A DNA stretch of 64,000 bases from the NCBI GenBank assembly GCA_963815195.1, contig CAWFGE010000006.1, forward strand, positions 128,001 to 192,000. The letters run 5' to 3'. A model generated the notes under the pieces. The model had not been told where the DNA came from. It ran no database searches and saw only the letters and a list, made by a program, of their open reading frames with translations. Positions 33,374 to 43,183 of the stretch are shown piece after piece (positions within the stretch are counted from its first letter, which is position 1; the number at the start of each line of letters is the position of its first letter). Source of the DNA: an uncultured Planctomycetaceae bacterium. Lineage in GTDB: Bacteria > Planctomycetota > Planctomycetia > Planctomycetales > Planctomycetaceae. The translations under genes were made by a program, and so were the position numbers.

Positions 33374-33619
33374 CTATGAACCCGTTACTTCCGTCACTTT
33401 TTGCGCGATCCCTTGTCCCGCCGTGGGCGGAGGCAGCGGTTTGCCTTCCTCCTTCAGATGGTTCAACCATTCCTCCACAATCCGGCAAAGCTCGGCGTAA
33501 ACTTTGGCTTCCTCATCACCGTGACAACAGGGACCGATGATTCCCGGACATTGGCCTACGAAGCATGCATCTTCCTCAGACCATTCCACGATTTTGACGT
33601 ATTTTGCACTGTCATTCAC
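33374..33619 (-). CDS. hicB: HicB-family antitoxin (short)
   Basis: YVKIVEWSEED..FVGQCPG...HGD.E...EEW...EGKPLP; overlaps the hicA stop. Confidence 0.8.
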   Translation of the reverse strand: MNDSAKYVKIVEWSEEDACFVGQCPGIIGPCCHGDEEAKVYAELCRIVEEWLNHLKEEGKPLPPPTAGQGIAQKVTEVTGS

Positions 33620-33810
33620 GACTGGGATTCCTCAATAGCTTTTCTCACTTCCCTCTCTTGGTAGGGCCTGGCATCTGTCCCCAATTTACCGGAAATCGTA
33701 ATCCTTATCCCCTGAGGATGTTCATAATTCCTGTGGCTTCCCTTTCCGCCACGATTAATGAATCCTGCATTCGCAAGATCTTGAATGAGTTCCCGGATTT
33801 TGCACGGCAT
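33616..33810 (-). CDS. hicA: HicA-family toxin
   Basis: IRELIQDL..AGF...GGKGSHRNYEHP. Confidence 0.85.
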   Translation of the reverse strand: MPCKIRELIQDLANAGFINRGGKGSHRNYEHPQGIRITISGKLGTDARPYQEREVRKAIEESQS

Positions 33811-33857
33811 AAACTCCTCGAATAAACCACCCCATTGTGAATGCTTTCGGCGAGAGG

Positions 33858-34232
33858 CTAATCCTCGTGGTCTTCGGTTTCGTCGGCGGGACTCAGGGTG
33901 GCGTCGCTCGGGGTGCGGCGGAAGACGGCGCAGACATCTTCCACGGGAACGACGTACAGCAGGTTGTCCGGCTCCAGATCGACCGGGATCGCGTGCTTGG
34001 GGTTGAACAACACCTTATCGTATTTGCGGATCGGGAAATCCTCGTCGCGGTCGATCTGCACGCTGATTTCCACCACGCGGCCGGTGATGGTCGGGATCTC
34101 CGCATCATCGGGCAGCACGATTCCGCCCCGCGTCGTTTGGCGGCTTTCATCTTTGCGGATCAAAATCCGCATTCCCAAAGGTTCCACGAACTCGCCCAAA
34201 ACACGTCTCCCTTTATGCACGGATGTTGCCAA
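33858..34232 (-). CDS. GroES/Cpn10-like co-chaperonin (start uncertain)
   Basis: EPLGMRILIRK...TRGGIVLPDDA...GRVV...DKVLF. Confidence 0.75.
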   Translation of the reverse strand: MATSVHKGRRVLGEFVEPLGMRILIRKDESRQTTRGGIVLPDDAEIPTITGRVVEISVQIDRDEDFPIRKYDKVLFNPKHAIPVDLEPDNLLYVVPVEDVCAVFRRTPSDATLSPADETEDHED

Positions 34233-34260
34233 AATTCCATTATAGGCGCGGGGTGAGACT

Positions 34261-35091
34261 CTAGGGTAGAGAGGTTTTGGCGACCATCGCCGCGGCGAAT
34301 TGTCCGATGTCTCGAAGGGCCGCGTCCCGGCTGAGTGTGCCTTCGCCGATCGCGGCGAACTTTTTGACAATGGCCGAACCGACAATCACCCCGTCCGCCG
34401 ACCCGCGGAGCAGATCGACCTGCTCGGGCCGGCTGATCCCAAACCCCACCGCCAGCGGGAGCCCCGTTTTCGTGCGGAGCCAGGCGAGTTGGTCTTTGAG
34501 TTCCTCGGGCAATTCGTCGCGAACGCCCGTCGTGCCGGCGACGGAAATACAATACACGAACCCGCTGGCGTTCGCGAGGATTCGCTCGGCCCTACGCTCC
34601 GGTGTAGTGGGGGCGATGAGTTCGATCAAATCCAGGTTGTGCGACCGCACCTGCCCGGCAAACTCTTCCGCTTCGTCGCCGGGCAGGTCGGGAACGATCA
34701 GCCCCGAAAACCCCGCCTCGGCCGCGTGCTTCAGAAATGTTTCGGGTCCGGTGCGGAACACGATCGAAAACGCGACCATCCCCACGAGCGGGGGACTGGT
34801 TGTTTCGGAAGTCTTCAATTCCGCAATGGCCGAGAAGATGTCCGCCACGTGCAAGTGCTTGGCGAGCGCGCGGGTGTAGGAGGCTTGAATCACCGGCCCG
34901 TCGGCGATGGGGTCGCTGTAGGGAAAACCGACTTCGATCAGGTCCACCTTGTGGCGGGCCAATTCCTCGATGACGGCTTTTGTCATGTCCATGTCCGGAT
35001 CGCCCGCCGTGACAAACGGCATAAACGCCATCCGGCCTTTCGCTTTGAGTTCGGCAAATGTTTGGGCAATCCGCGAAGGCGGCGTCGGCAT
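34261..35091 (-). CDS. trpA: Tryptophan synthase alpha chain
   Basis: PFVTAGDP, EVGFPYSDPIADGPVIQ, VGFGIS, DGVIVGSA. Confidence 0.97.
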   Translation of the reverse strand: MPTPPSRIAQTFAELKAKGRMAFMPFVTAGDPDMDMTKAVIEELARHKVDLIEVGFPYSDPIADGPVIQASYTRALAKHLHVADIFSAIAELKTSETTSPPLVGMVAFSIVFRTGPETFLKHAAEAGFSGLIVPDLPGDEAEEFAGQVRSHNLDLIELIAPTTPERRAERILANASGFVYCISVAGTTGVRDELPEELKDQLAWLRTKTGLPLAVGFGISRPEQVDLLRGSADGVIVGSAIVKKFAAIGEGTLSRDAALRDIGQFAAAMVAKTSLP

Positions 35092-35208
35092 AATGAGGGT
35101 CCCTTTAACCCAACGTTTCGATTGAAGGTCTCGTGGAAAGGAGAAGTAGCTTTGTCATCTCATTCCAACGAGTTTAGAGGAAAAGAATGAAATTCAGAAA
35201 CTACATTC

Positions 35209-35733
35209 TTAAGCCATAGTTTCCGGTCGAAAAGTGACCCTTTTAAACTCTTCTTCCTGCCAATTTGAATCCCACCAAATACACTCCAATTCCATTGCAA
35301 ATGTATTTGCCAGGAATGTGGTCAATGTCATATTCAAAACCTGTGAATCGAGGCGATCAAATAACACCAACGGCCATTGATCTGAGCGTCCATCTGCTAA
35401 CCAAAAAATTTCGCCCCCATTTTCTTCCGTTCCACACGGGTACAACCCTGGTTGTTCTGGGTAAAAGTTGAATCGAAACTCAGAACAATTCTGCTTCAAA
35501 TCGGGATATATTTCTAAATCCTGCTCAACGGATGGGCGGTATAACGAGGAAAAGGGATTGTAAATCTGAATCCCCATAAACCAACCACTACCATACGTCA
35601 CGCATAAATCATATAGGTCTATGGGGAGTTGAATTCCCATAAGTCGCTCGATTAGAGCCCAATCCTCTTTCGTTCCGACTTCAAGAGGAGAAGACGGCGG
35701 TGATACTACTTTCGTTAGGCTCTGTACCGACAT
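35209..35733 (-). CDS. SMI1/KNR4 (SUKH)-like protein, AT-rich
   Basis: DWALIERLMGIQLP.D...YGSG...GLYPCGTEENGGEIFW; start could be 35784. Confidence 0.7.
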   Translation of the reverse strand: MSVQSLTKVVSPPSSPLEVGTKEDWALIERLMGIQLPIDLYDLCVTYGSGWFMGIQIYNPFSSLYRPSVEQDLEIYPDLKQNCSEFRFNFYPEQPGLYPCGTEENGGEIFWLADGRSDQWPLVLFDRLDSQVLNMTLTTFLANTFAMELECIWWDSNWQEEEFKRVTFRPETMA

Positions 35734-35814
35734 AGAATCAATCGCCCTCATCCACCGTTCTCCCCCCAAGGGGAGAATGGTCATTTTTTCAATGTTTACG
35801 AGGATTTGAAGTAA

Positions 35815-37056
35815 TTAAATCTCCCGTCCCAGCAGCCGGGCGACTTCGTTGACGTCTTTATCGCCTCGGCCGGAGAGACAGATCACGAGGACTTCGTCGG
35901 GTTTCCGCTGGCCGGCGGTTTTGAGGACGCGGGCGATCGCGTGGGCGCTCTCGACAGCGGGAAGGATGCCCTCCAAAGTCGCCAGTTTTTGGAAGGCGTC
36001 GAGGGCGTCTTCATCGGAGACATTGACATAGTCCACGCGGCCGGTGTCTTTCCAATAGCTGTGCTCCGGGCCGACGCCGGGGTAATCGAGGCCGGCGGAG
36101 ACGGAATGCACATCGCGGGTCTGGCCGTCTTCATCCTGGAGGACGTAACTGTAGCTACCGTGAAGCACGCCTTTGGCTCCGTAGCACAGGGTGGCGGCGT
36201 GCTGGCCGGGCTCGGGGCCGCGCCCGCCGGGTTCCACGCCGGTGAGCTTGACGTCTTCGTCTTCGATAAAGGCATAAAACATCCCCGCCGAGTTGGAGCC
36301 GCCGCCCACGCAGGCCACGACTTCGTCCGGGAGCCGGCCGATGTCTTCGAGTGCCTGCTGGCGGGTTTCTTTGCCGATGACGGATTGAAAGTCCCGCACC
36401 ATCATCGGAAACGGATGCGGCCCCACGACCGAGCCAATGATGTAATGCGTCGTCTCGACGGAAGCCATCCAGTCCCGCATCGCCTCGTTGATCGCGTCGC
36501 GGAGCGTGCGGGAGCCGGTGGTCACGGGGCGGACCTCGGCTCCCATGGTCTGCATGTTGAACACGTTCAGCCGCTGCCGGCGAATGTCCTCTTCGCCCAT
36601 GTAAACCACGCAGGAAAGTCCAAAGCGGGCACACGCGGTGGCGGTGGCGACGCCGTGCTGCCCGGCCCCGGTCTCGGCGATGACCCGCTGTTTCCCCATC
36701 CGCACGGTGAGCAGAGCCTGGCCGAGGCTGTTGTTGATTTTGTGGGCCCCCGTGTGGTTGAGGTCTTCCCGCTTCAAATAAATCCGCGCCCCGCCGCAGT
36801 GCTCGGTGAGCCTTTTCGCAAAATACAGCGGGCTGGGCCGGCCCACGTAATGTTTGAGTAAATCCGCAAGCTCGGCTTGGAAGGATTCATCCGCCTTGGC
36901 CTGTTCGTATTGCTCCGTCAATTCTTCCAAGGCGTGCATGAGCGTTTCGGGGACGAATCGGCGGCCGAATTCGCCGAAACGCCCCAACGAATCGGGAACC
37001 TGTCGCGTGGCTCGCTGGGCGTTGCCGGAGACGGCCGAAGCCGAGGAAGCATTCAT
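35815..37056 (-). CDS. trpB: Tryptophan synthase beta chain
   Basis: [52 protein letters not shown]. Confidence 0.98.
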   Translation of the reverse strand: MNASSASAVSGNAQRATRQVPDSLGRFGEFGRRFVPETLMHALEELTEQYEQAKADESFQAELADLLKHYVGRPSPLYFAKRLTEHCGGARIYLKREDLNHTGAHKINNSLGQALLTVRMGKQRVIAETGAGQHGVATATACARFGLSCVVYMGEEDIRRQRLNVFNMQTMGAEVRPVTTGSRTLRDAINEAMRDWMASVETTHYIIGSVVGPHPFPMMVRDFQSVIGKETRQQALEDIGRLPDEVVACVGGGSNSAGMFYAFIEDEDVKLTGVEPGGRGPEPGQHAATLCYGAKGVLHGSYSYVLQDEDGQTRDVHSVSAGLDYPGVGPEHSYWKDTGRVDYVNVSDEDALDAFQKLATLEGILPAVESAHAIARVLKTAGQRKPDEVLVICLSGRGDKDVNEVARLLGREI

Positions 37057-37217
37057 GGGCGGGTGGTCCTGTGGTGTTGTGAAAGGTGTCTCATTTTCGA
37101 TTCTAGGGAGAACAAGAGCAATCGCCAACCCAGCACATCGTCAATAGCGCCGGCTTCCAGACGCCGAGATCGATCGACGGCGGCAAGATGCCGGCGTTAC
37201 GTTGCAGGTTCGCCGCC

Positions 37218-39679
37218 TTAGGATTCCGCCGACTGCGTCAGCAGCGTTTCAAACCGCGCGAGCTCCCGGTCCAGATTCTCGAGGGTCTCAGCGGTCAATT
37301 CACCAGAGCCGTAACGGATGGTGTAATAGGCTTCCACCAACGACACGGGAAAATGGTGCCATTCGGAGGTTTCCAGCGAGGGAGCGAATGCGCTTTGCAC
37401 CTCGACGGCAAACTCCCTGGGCGTTTGCGCGGCCTTGCGGGACAAGCCCGCCTTGGCGCAGATCCGGCGAAAGCGTTCGTAAAACTCGACCGTCCGCGCA
37501 AGGCCTTTTGGATCGAGATACCGCGACCGCACAAACAACCGCCATAACGCATTGACGGCCCACACGACCGCCGAGAGAAATGTGAGCAGAACGAACGTCA
37601 CCAAACCGCCCTGCCAGCTGATCCAGCGTTCGGGGGAACTCAGTTGCTGATTGAGGCCTTTGACGAAATTCGCGAAGTGGACGCGGCCGTTCTGGGCCCA
37701 CGCCACGGCGTCCTCGGCGAGTTTTTTGAGCGGCGCCAGCAGCCGGGCCTGCTGGGTTTCGTTGAGTCCCACGACGAATCGCGACCAAAAATCCCCCAGG
37801 TTTTGGGTCAATGCTTTCCAGGCGGGCCGGGAGCCGATCTGTTCGACGCTCGCCGCGCGGCCGGCGGGTGTGGGATCGAGAATCACCCAACTCCCGTCGA
37901 TAAAGGCTTCGACCCAGGCGTGGGCGTGGCGTTCCTCGACTTCAAAACGCCCCGTTTTCTCGTTGTCGCTGCCGCCCTTGAAGCCGCTGACCAGGCGGGA
38001 TGGAATTTGCACCGCGCGGAGCATGAGTGTCAGGGCCGAGGCAAAATATTCGCAATGCCCCATCTTGCGATTGATGAGAAAGTCTTCGAGCGGGTCGATG
38101 TTTTTGTCCGCGACCTTGGCGTTGAGCGTGTACCCGAACTCGCCCGAATCCTTCAAATAGGCTTTGAGCCGCCGGGCCATCTCGATCCGGTTCGGACGCG
38201 GGGATTCTCGCCATCCCGATTTTTCCAAGGCCAATCGGCGGAGGTTTTTGAGCTCTCGCGGGATTTCCAGATACATGCGAGGGCCGCTCTCCAAAAACCC
38301 AGCCATCGGCGGACGCACGGGGAGCCTTCCGGGTTGGGGCAAACTCGCCGGCGAGAAAATCGTGTAGCGGATCTCTTCGGCCGCCGTGTCCGGTACGGGG
38401 CGCTTGAGAACGCCATTCAAGGCTTCCAGCCGCAGAGGCTCGCTGGACTTGTCCAGGTGTCCGTAAAGGGCGGGAGGCATCGCGAATAGAATCTCGGGAT
38501 CGATCGGCCCCAGGCGGATGTCCTGCCGAACCAGCTTGTCCTCCGGCACGCCGAATTGCGGCAAACTGCCAATCGAATTGTCTTCCTCGAACGACGTCCA
38601 TTTCCCCTCGCGATACTCAAACGTGGTCATGCCCCGAAACAAGGGTTCCTCGAAGCCCATCTGGTCGGCGTACTTTTCGATGTCCACAGGCTCGCCGTTC
38701 GAACCGGTGAGCCGAACCTCCATGACTTTTTTCGTGCTTTCGAGGATCTGGCCGATGTCGCCGAGGCTTAGCTCGCGGGAGAACCCGACTTGGGAGGAGC
38801 GATCTGGAGATTCTTCCTGCTTCACCTTTTGAGAGCCCCAGATCGCAGGATGCCGGGGAATCAGCAGGAACAGAAACAGGGCCAGCACGAAGGCCAATCC
38901 GCCGGTGCCCAGAACGCCGCCGAGAAAACGCGTGTTGATCCACGAGACCGCCGGATCGCGCTGCACATTGCCCACGGCGCTGCTCGGTTGCCGCCACACG
39001 GCCAACAAGGGATGCACCACAGGCCGCGGGACCGCTTTTTTTGGCGACGGCGCGAAAGCGGGCTTAATGGCGGCACCGGGAGGCCCTGCGCCGTGCGTCG
39101 TTTGCGCGGTTTGCTCGCGCTTTCGAACTGCTGCTGGCCTTGCAGCAGGGAGAACACCGACAGCGTCCACACGGCGAGGAAGAGATACAACGACAACAGC
39201 ACGCCGTAGATTCCCAGCGTGGTTTGGCTGGCACCCACGGCGACCTCGAGCACGCACAGCGCCCACAGCCACCAGTATTGCTGACTCGTCTTTTCCAAAA
39301 ACAACACGATCCAGGTCAAAAACACCAACAGATGAGCCCCGGCGAAAATCAGATTCAGCACGCGCTCGTCGGGCAGGACAATATGGCCGCCCTGAAACCG
39401 CACGGATCGAATCGTCTCCCAGAACGCGACGCCCACCGCAACCACGCCCAATCCGCCCGCGGCCCAACCGGGCATAACCCACGTCCGCCAGCGATCCACC
39501 AGAAAGTACGCCGCCACAACCAAAAGAACAGTGAAAGCCTGCGGCGGCGGACCGTGCGTGAAGCCCTCCGAGAGGGTCAACATCGCGCTCGAAAGCACCA
39601 CCATCCCGTACAAGCTGATTTCAAAAATCGTGGTCAGCCGGGTTGATGACGAACTCGCAAACGGCGGAGGATTGGTCAA
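37218..39679 (-). CDS. Transglutaminase TgpA-family membrane protein (DUF3488 / TGase / DUF4129); frameshift near 39115
   Basis: Multi-TM N-terminus, GHCEYFASA, HAHAWVE, LDPTP, QTPREFA. Confidence 0.85.
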
Positions 39680-39746
39680 CGAGGGCACTCCTGGGCTCAA
39701 ATTATCGGTTTCCGGCCGCGGCTCCGCCGGGTCAGGATTTCGTCCT

Positions 39747-40964
39747 TTATTGGTCAATTCCGCTCCGGGTGTCGGTGCGGTACACACTTTGGATCGCCAG
39801 AATCTCCGGCGGCGGCGGTTCGGGAGCATGCCCGCTGCGGTTTCGCTCCAAGAGTTCTTCGATGCGCTGTTTCCAGCGCTTGTCGATGCCCCGACCGAGC
39901 GTGAGTCCGATCAGGCGGGAATGATCTTCCAAGGCTTCGCCGAGCAGTCTCGCCCCGCGGTCGCTGATGCCGTTCGCGGAGACATCCAGCGTTTGCAGGT
40001 TCTGATTTCGTCGAAGCAGCTCCGCGATCGAAGCTGCCCCGCCGTTTGTGATGTGATTCGCCCGCTCGCCGAGCACGCGGGTCGAACGGTCATAGGCCAA
40101 ATCCAGATGTTTCAAGGTGGGATGAGCCGCGAGCGCTTCCGCCAAGGCTCTGGTCCCGTGCGGGCCGATGTGATTGCTGGACAGGCTCAAAGTCTCCAGA
40201 CTTCGATTTGCCGCCAAGCCTTCGGAAAGAATCTCCGCCCCCGCATCGGCGAAACGGTTGACTCCAAGATACAGATGCCGAATGGCCTGGTTCTCGCGAA
40301 GCAATCGAACCAGGCATTTCGCGTCGCTTGGCCCCAAGCGATTGCCGCCGAGATACAACCGCGTGACGCTGCGGTTCCGCCGCGCGAGGACGTCGGCAAT
40401 TCTCGACAGCCCAGCGCTTCCAATGTCCGTGTGCACCAGATCCAACGTCCGCAGGCTTTGGGTCGTTTCCAGCAACTCGGCGATCGCCTCGGCTCCCGCC
40501 GGACCGATGGGGTTTCGTTTGAGCCACAGCCCGTTCACCGCGGGATTGCCTTTAATCGCCTTCGCCAGTTCCGAAGCGCCGTCGGCTTCGATCAGATTGC
40601 AACCGAGATAAACCGTTTCCAGCGCGGGATGGTTTTCGACGGCCCGGGCAATGTCCTTGGCCCCGTCCGTGCCGATGCCGTTGGCTCCCAACAACAAATG
40701 CCGAGCGTGGAGATTCTTCGGCAGCGACCGGGCGACGAGTTCCGCCCCCGCCGGTCCGATGTTCTGCTTGCACAAATCGACCCGCCCGTCCGGCAGCACC
40801 GTCCCCCGCGGAAAGACCGCCGCTTCCGCCACCGCGTCCCCAGTTTCCAAATGCGCGACCAAGGGCAAGAGTTCCGCGACATCGCAAGGCGAAAACTCCC
40901 CGCGCACGGGGCACACAATCGTTTCCGGATTCCCGGCTCGATCCAAAATCGTCTCGGCCATCAT
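39747..40964 (-). CDS. Leucine-rich repeat protein (28-residue RI/GALA-like repeats)
   Basis: Repeats of LxxLxLxxNxIGxxGAxxLAxxL (e.g. LETLSLSSNHIGPHGTRALAEAL). Confidence 0.9.
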   Translation of the reverse strand: MMAETILDRAGNPETIVCPVRGEFSPCDVAELLPLVAHLETGDAVAEAAVFPRGTVLPDGRVDLCKQNIGPAGAELVARSLPKNLHARHLLLGANGIGTDGAKDIARAVENHPALETVYLGCNLIEADGASELAKAIKGNPAVNGLWLKRNPIGPAGAEAIAELLETTQSLRTLDLVHTDIGSAGLSRIADVLARRNRSVTRLYLGGNRLGPSDAKCLVRLLRENQAIRHLYLGVNRFADAGAEILSEGLAANRSLETLSLSSNHIGPHGTRALAEALAAHPTLKHLDLAYDRSTRVLGERANHITNGGAASIAELLRRNQNLQTLDVSANGISDRGARLLGEALEDHSRLIGLTLGRGIDKRWKQRIEELLERNRSGHAPEPPPPEILAIQSVYRTDTRSGIDQ

Positions 40965-40992
40965 GAATCTTTCTGGCTTGAATGATCGATGC

Positions 40993-41739
40993 TCACCGCG
41001 CGACCGCTTCGAACAGCCGGGTGATTTCTTCATCGATGTCTTCCGCGCGTTCCACGGTTTCGAGAATTTCTTGGCGGAGCAGGCGGCCGAATCGCTGCCG
41101 CATGCGGTGCACGGCGACTTTGACGGCGGCTTCCGTCATCCGCAGGTCCCGGGCCACGTCCCGGTAGGACGTGGGCCGTTCGCCTTTGGGGAGGAACACG
41201 TACAACTCGGCGAAGAGCGCGGCTTTGTCCGTTTCTTCGTACTCCCGGCGAAGCTGCTCGAACACCCGCTCCAAGAGGGCCATCGCCCAACTTCGCTCGA
41301 AGGCCCGCTCCGGGGTGTGGCCGTCGGCGGGTTCGCGGAGCAGTCGGCCCTCGGCACCTGCGACATCGATCGAAACAATCACCCGCCCGCCGCCCCGCTT
41401 CTGGGCCGACTGTTTGTGGTATTCGTTCGCCAGAAAATGATCGGCGGCCGTCAACAGAAACGAGCGAAACTGCCCGCGCTCCGGTTCGGCGGCGTGGAGC
41501 GCATCCGATTCCAACAGATGCGCGAAAAACGCCTGCGTCAGATCGGCCGACTGGTCCGCGGCGTTTCCCTTCCGCCGAAAGTGGGCGTAGATCGGAAACC
41601 AATAGAGCTTGCAGAGCCGTTCGAGCGCTTCCTGAGCTCCGGGATTGGCCCGTTCGCCGGCCGCGCGGATCAACGTCCATCGCGTGGTGGCGAACCCGCC
41701 ACGCGGAACGTTTCCCATCGATAATGCGGACGAATTCAT
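40993..41739 (-). CDS. ECF-type sigma-70 factor
   Basis: FATTRWTLI...ALERLCKLYWFPIY...DLTQAFF...FRSFL; C-terminal HTH (YRDVARDLRMTEAAVKVAVHRMR). Confidence 0.9.
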   Translation of the reverse strand: MNSSALSMGNVPRGGFATTRWTLIRAAGERANPGAQEALERLCKLYWFPIYAHFRRKGNAADQSADLTQAFFAHLLESDALHAAEPERGQFRSFLLTAADHFLANEYHKQSAQKRGGGRVIVSIDVAGAEGRLLREPADGHTPERAFERSWAMALLERVFEQLRREYEETDKAALFAELYVFLPKGERPTSYRDVARDLRMTEAAVKVAVHRMRQRFGRLLRQEILETVERAEDIDEEITRLFEAVAR

Positions 41740-41849
41740 GCCGGCGGCGTCAACAAAGATTCAACAGATCAAACAGGAACGAAACGGACCAACACGTGTA
41801 TCATGGGATGCACCGGCGATCGGATTCAAGTCTCCCATGCCGGCGCGAG

Positions 41850-42638
41850 TCATCGCGGGGCGGCTCCCAAGGGTTTGTTCATGGTGGTGCTGGTAAACAT
41901 GTAATAGTAAATGAAGCGGGCGATGAAGCCCGAGACCAACAGGCTCAAGGGGGCGGAATACACCATCAGCGTGTGCTGCTGGAATTTGCTGAGCGAAAGA
42001 ATCGTCGCCCAGTTGAGGAGCACGTCCACCACCGCCACGGGCAAAAGGCACACCCCCCGCCAGCTCACCCGGCTGAGCACGTCCCCCACGGTTTCGGGCG
42101 GCGGGAACATGGCATGCCGTTCTTTCCACAGGCTTTGCACGCGCTCGATTTGGGCCGGCTGCTCAAGGGGAGCGGGAAGCGGCTTCGTCGGCAAAAGCTC
42201 GGCGAGCAGGGATTTGAGAAAATCGAAATCGAAGAGGGCGTCGCAAAAGACCACCGCCGAGCCGCGGTGGTCTTCGATCCCCACCCGGCGGACGGTGCGG
42301 CCGAAAAATCGTCCCAGAGACTGCTGCACCTCGGCCACGTCCAAGAGGGCGATTTCCTGCCGGCCCGCCTCGATCCACACCTGGCTGTCCCCCAGGCAGT
42401 GAAACACCACCGAGCGGAACCGCCGGCGATAAAGCACCGTCAACCCCAACAGCCCGAAGGCGATCAATACATAGAGCCCCGCCGCCACCGCCAGATGCGG
42501 GTTCGCCACAAACGCGCCCCGGCCTCCGCCGATCGGCGTGGTCATAAACGCCGCCGAAATGGGAATCGAAATCAAAACCGTCGAGAGGTATTCCGGCAGA
42601 AAGACGGGATTATAGGGGAATCGGATCGAGCGTGGCAT
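41850..42638 (-). CDS. Hypothetical membrane protein
   Basis: Four hydrophobic segments. Confidence 0.65.
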   Translation of the reverse strand: MPRSIRFPYNPVFLPEYLSTVLISIPISAAFMTTPIGGGRGAFVANPHLAVAAGLYVLIAFGLLGLTVLYRRRFRSVVFHCLGDSQVWIEAGRQEIALLDVAEVQQSLGRFFGRTVRRVGIEDHRGSAVVFCDALFDFDFLKSLLAELLPTKPLPAPLEQPAQIERVQSLWKERHAMFPPPETVGDVLSRVSWRGVCLLPVAVVDVLLNWATILSLSKFQQHTLMVYSAPLSLLVSGFIARFIYYYMFTSTTMNKPLGAAPR

Positions 42639-42753
42639 TCCGAGAATTCAACGTCAAAAACGATAAAACGTGCTCGCGCTGCGTCATTTGTCTTTTCGTT
42701 ATGTTCCATCAAGCCCGGAAAGAAAGCAAGCACGTTTTTTGACGCGCGAGGGC

Positions 42754-42912
42754 TCAGGAGGGCAGTGCCCAATCGTATCGCATGAGGGCGAGAGCCAGGA
42801 ACGCGATCGCCAGCACGGTCGCCGCCACCGCCACGAACAACAGGCCTTCAAACACGGTGCCCTGTTGCGGAGGGGCGTTGTTCTTCGAGGAATTGGAAGT
42901 TTTTCGAGCCAT
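42754..42912 (-). CDS. Small single-TM protein (52 aa)
   Basis: MARKTSNSS...VFEGLLFVAVAATVLAIAFLALALMRYDW. Confidence 0.6.
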   Translation of the reverse strand: MARKTSNSSKNNAPPQQGTVFEGLLFVAVAATVLAIAFLALALMRYDWALPS

Positions 42913-43183
42913 CGGGATCACTCGCGGGTGGAATGGGAACTCTATGAAAGCCAATCGTGGTCTTTCCAGCTTATCACGGATGGCGGGCGTTTTCCAAATC
43001 TCCAAGGCGGAAATTCCCGCGTTTTGGCGAGGTTTCCCGAAAGAGATCGCGCAGCCCGCGGACCCGGAATGCCGCGGGGAGCGGGGCTTCCATTCGTCCG
43101 AAGAGGTCCTAAAATAACGCTTTCGGTTTTGGATCGATCAGCCCACGCCCACGCAAGAAACCATCACGGGATTTTTATCCATT

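Noticed and set aside
32033..39679. MoxR and TgpA as a MoxR-DUF58-transglutaminase operon
   Set aside because: There is no DUF58 gene, the order is reversed, and trpBA and other genes intervene.
39531..40985. Long antisense ORFs (e.g. 484 aa here, 4367-5710, 10999-12315, 50655-52004, 61727-63082)
   Set aside because: Shadow or alternative-frame ORFs typical of high-GC coding DNA; they overlap well-supported genes and have no recognisable motifs.
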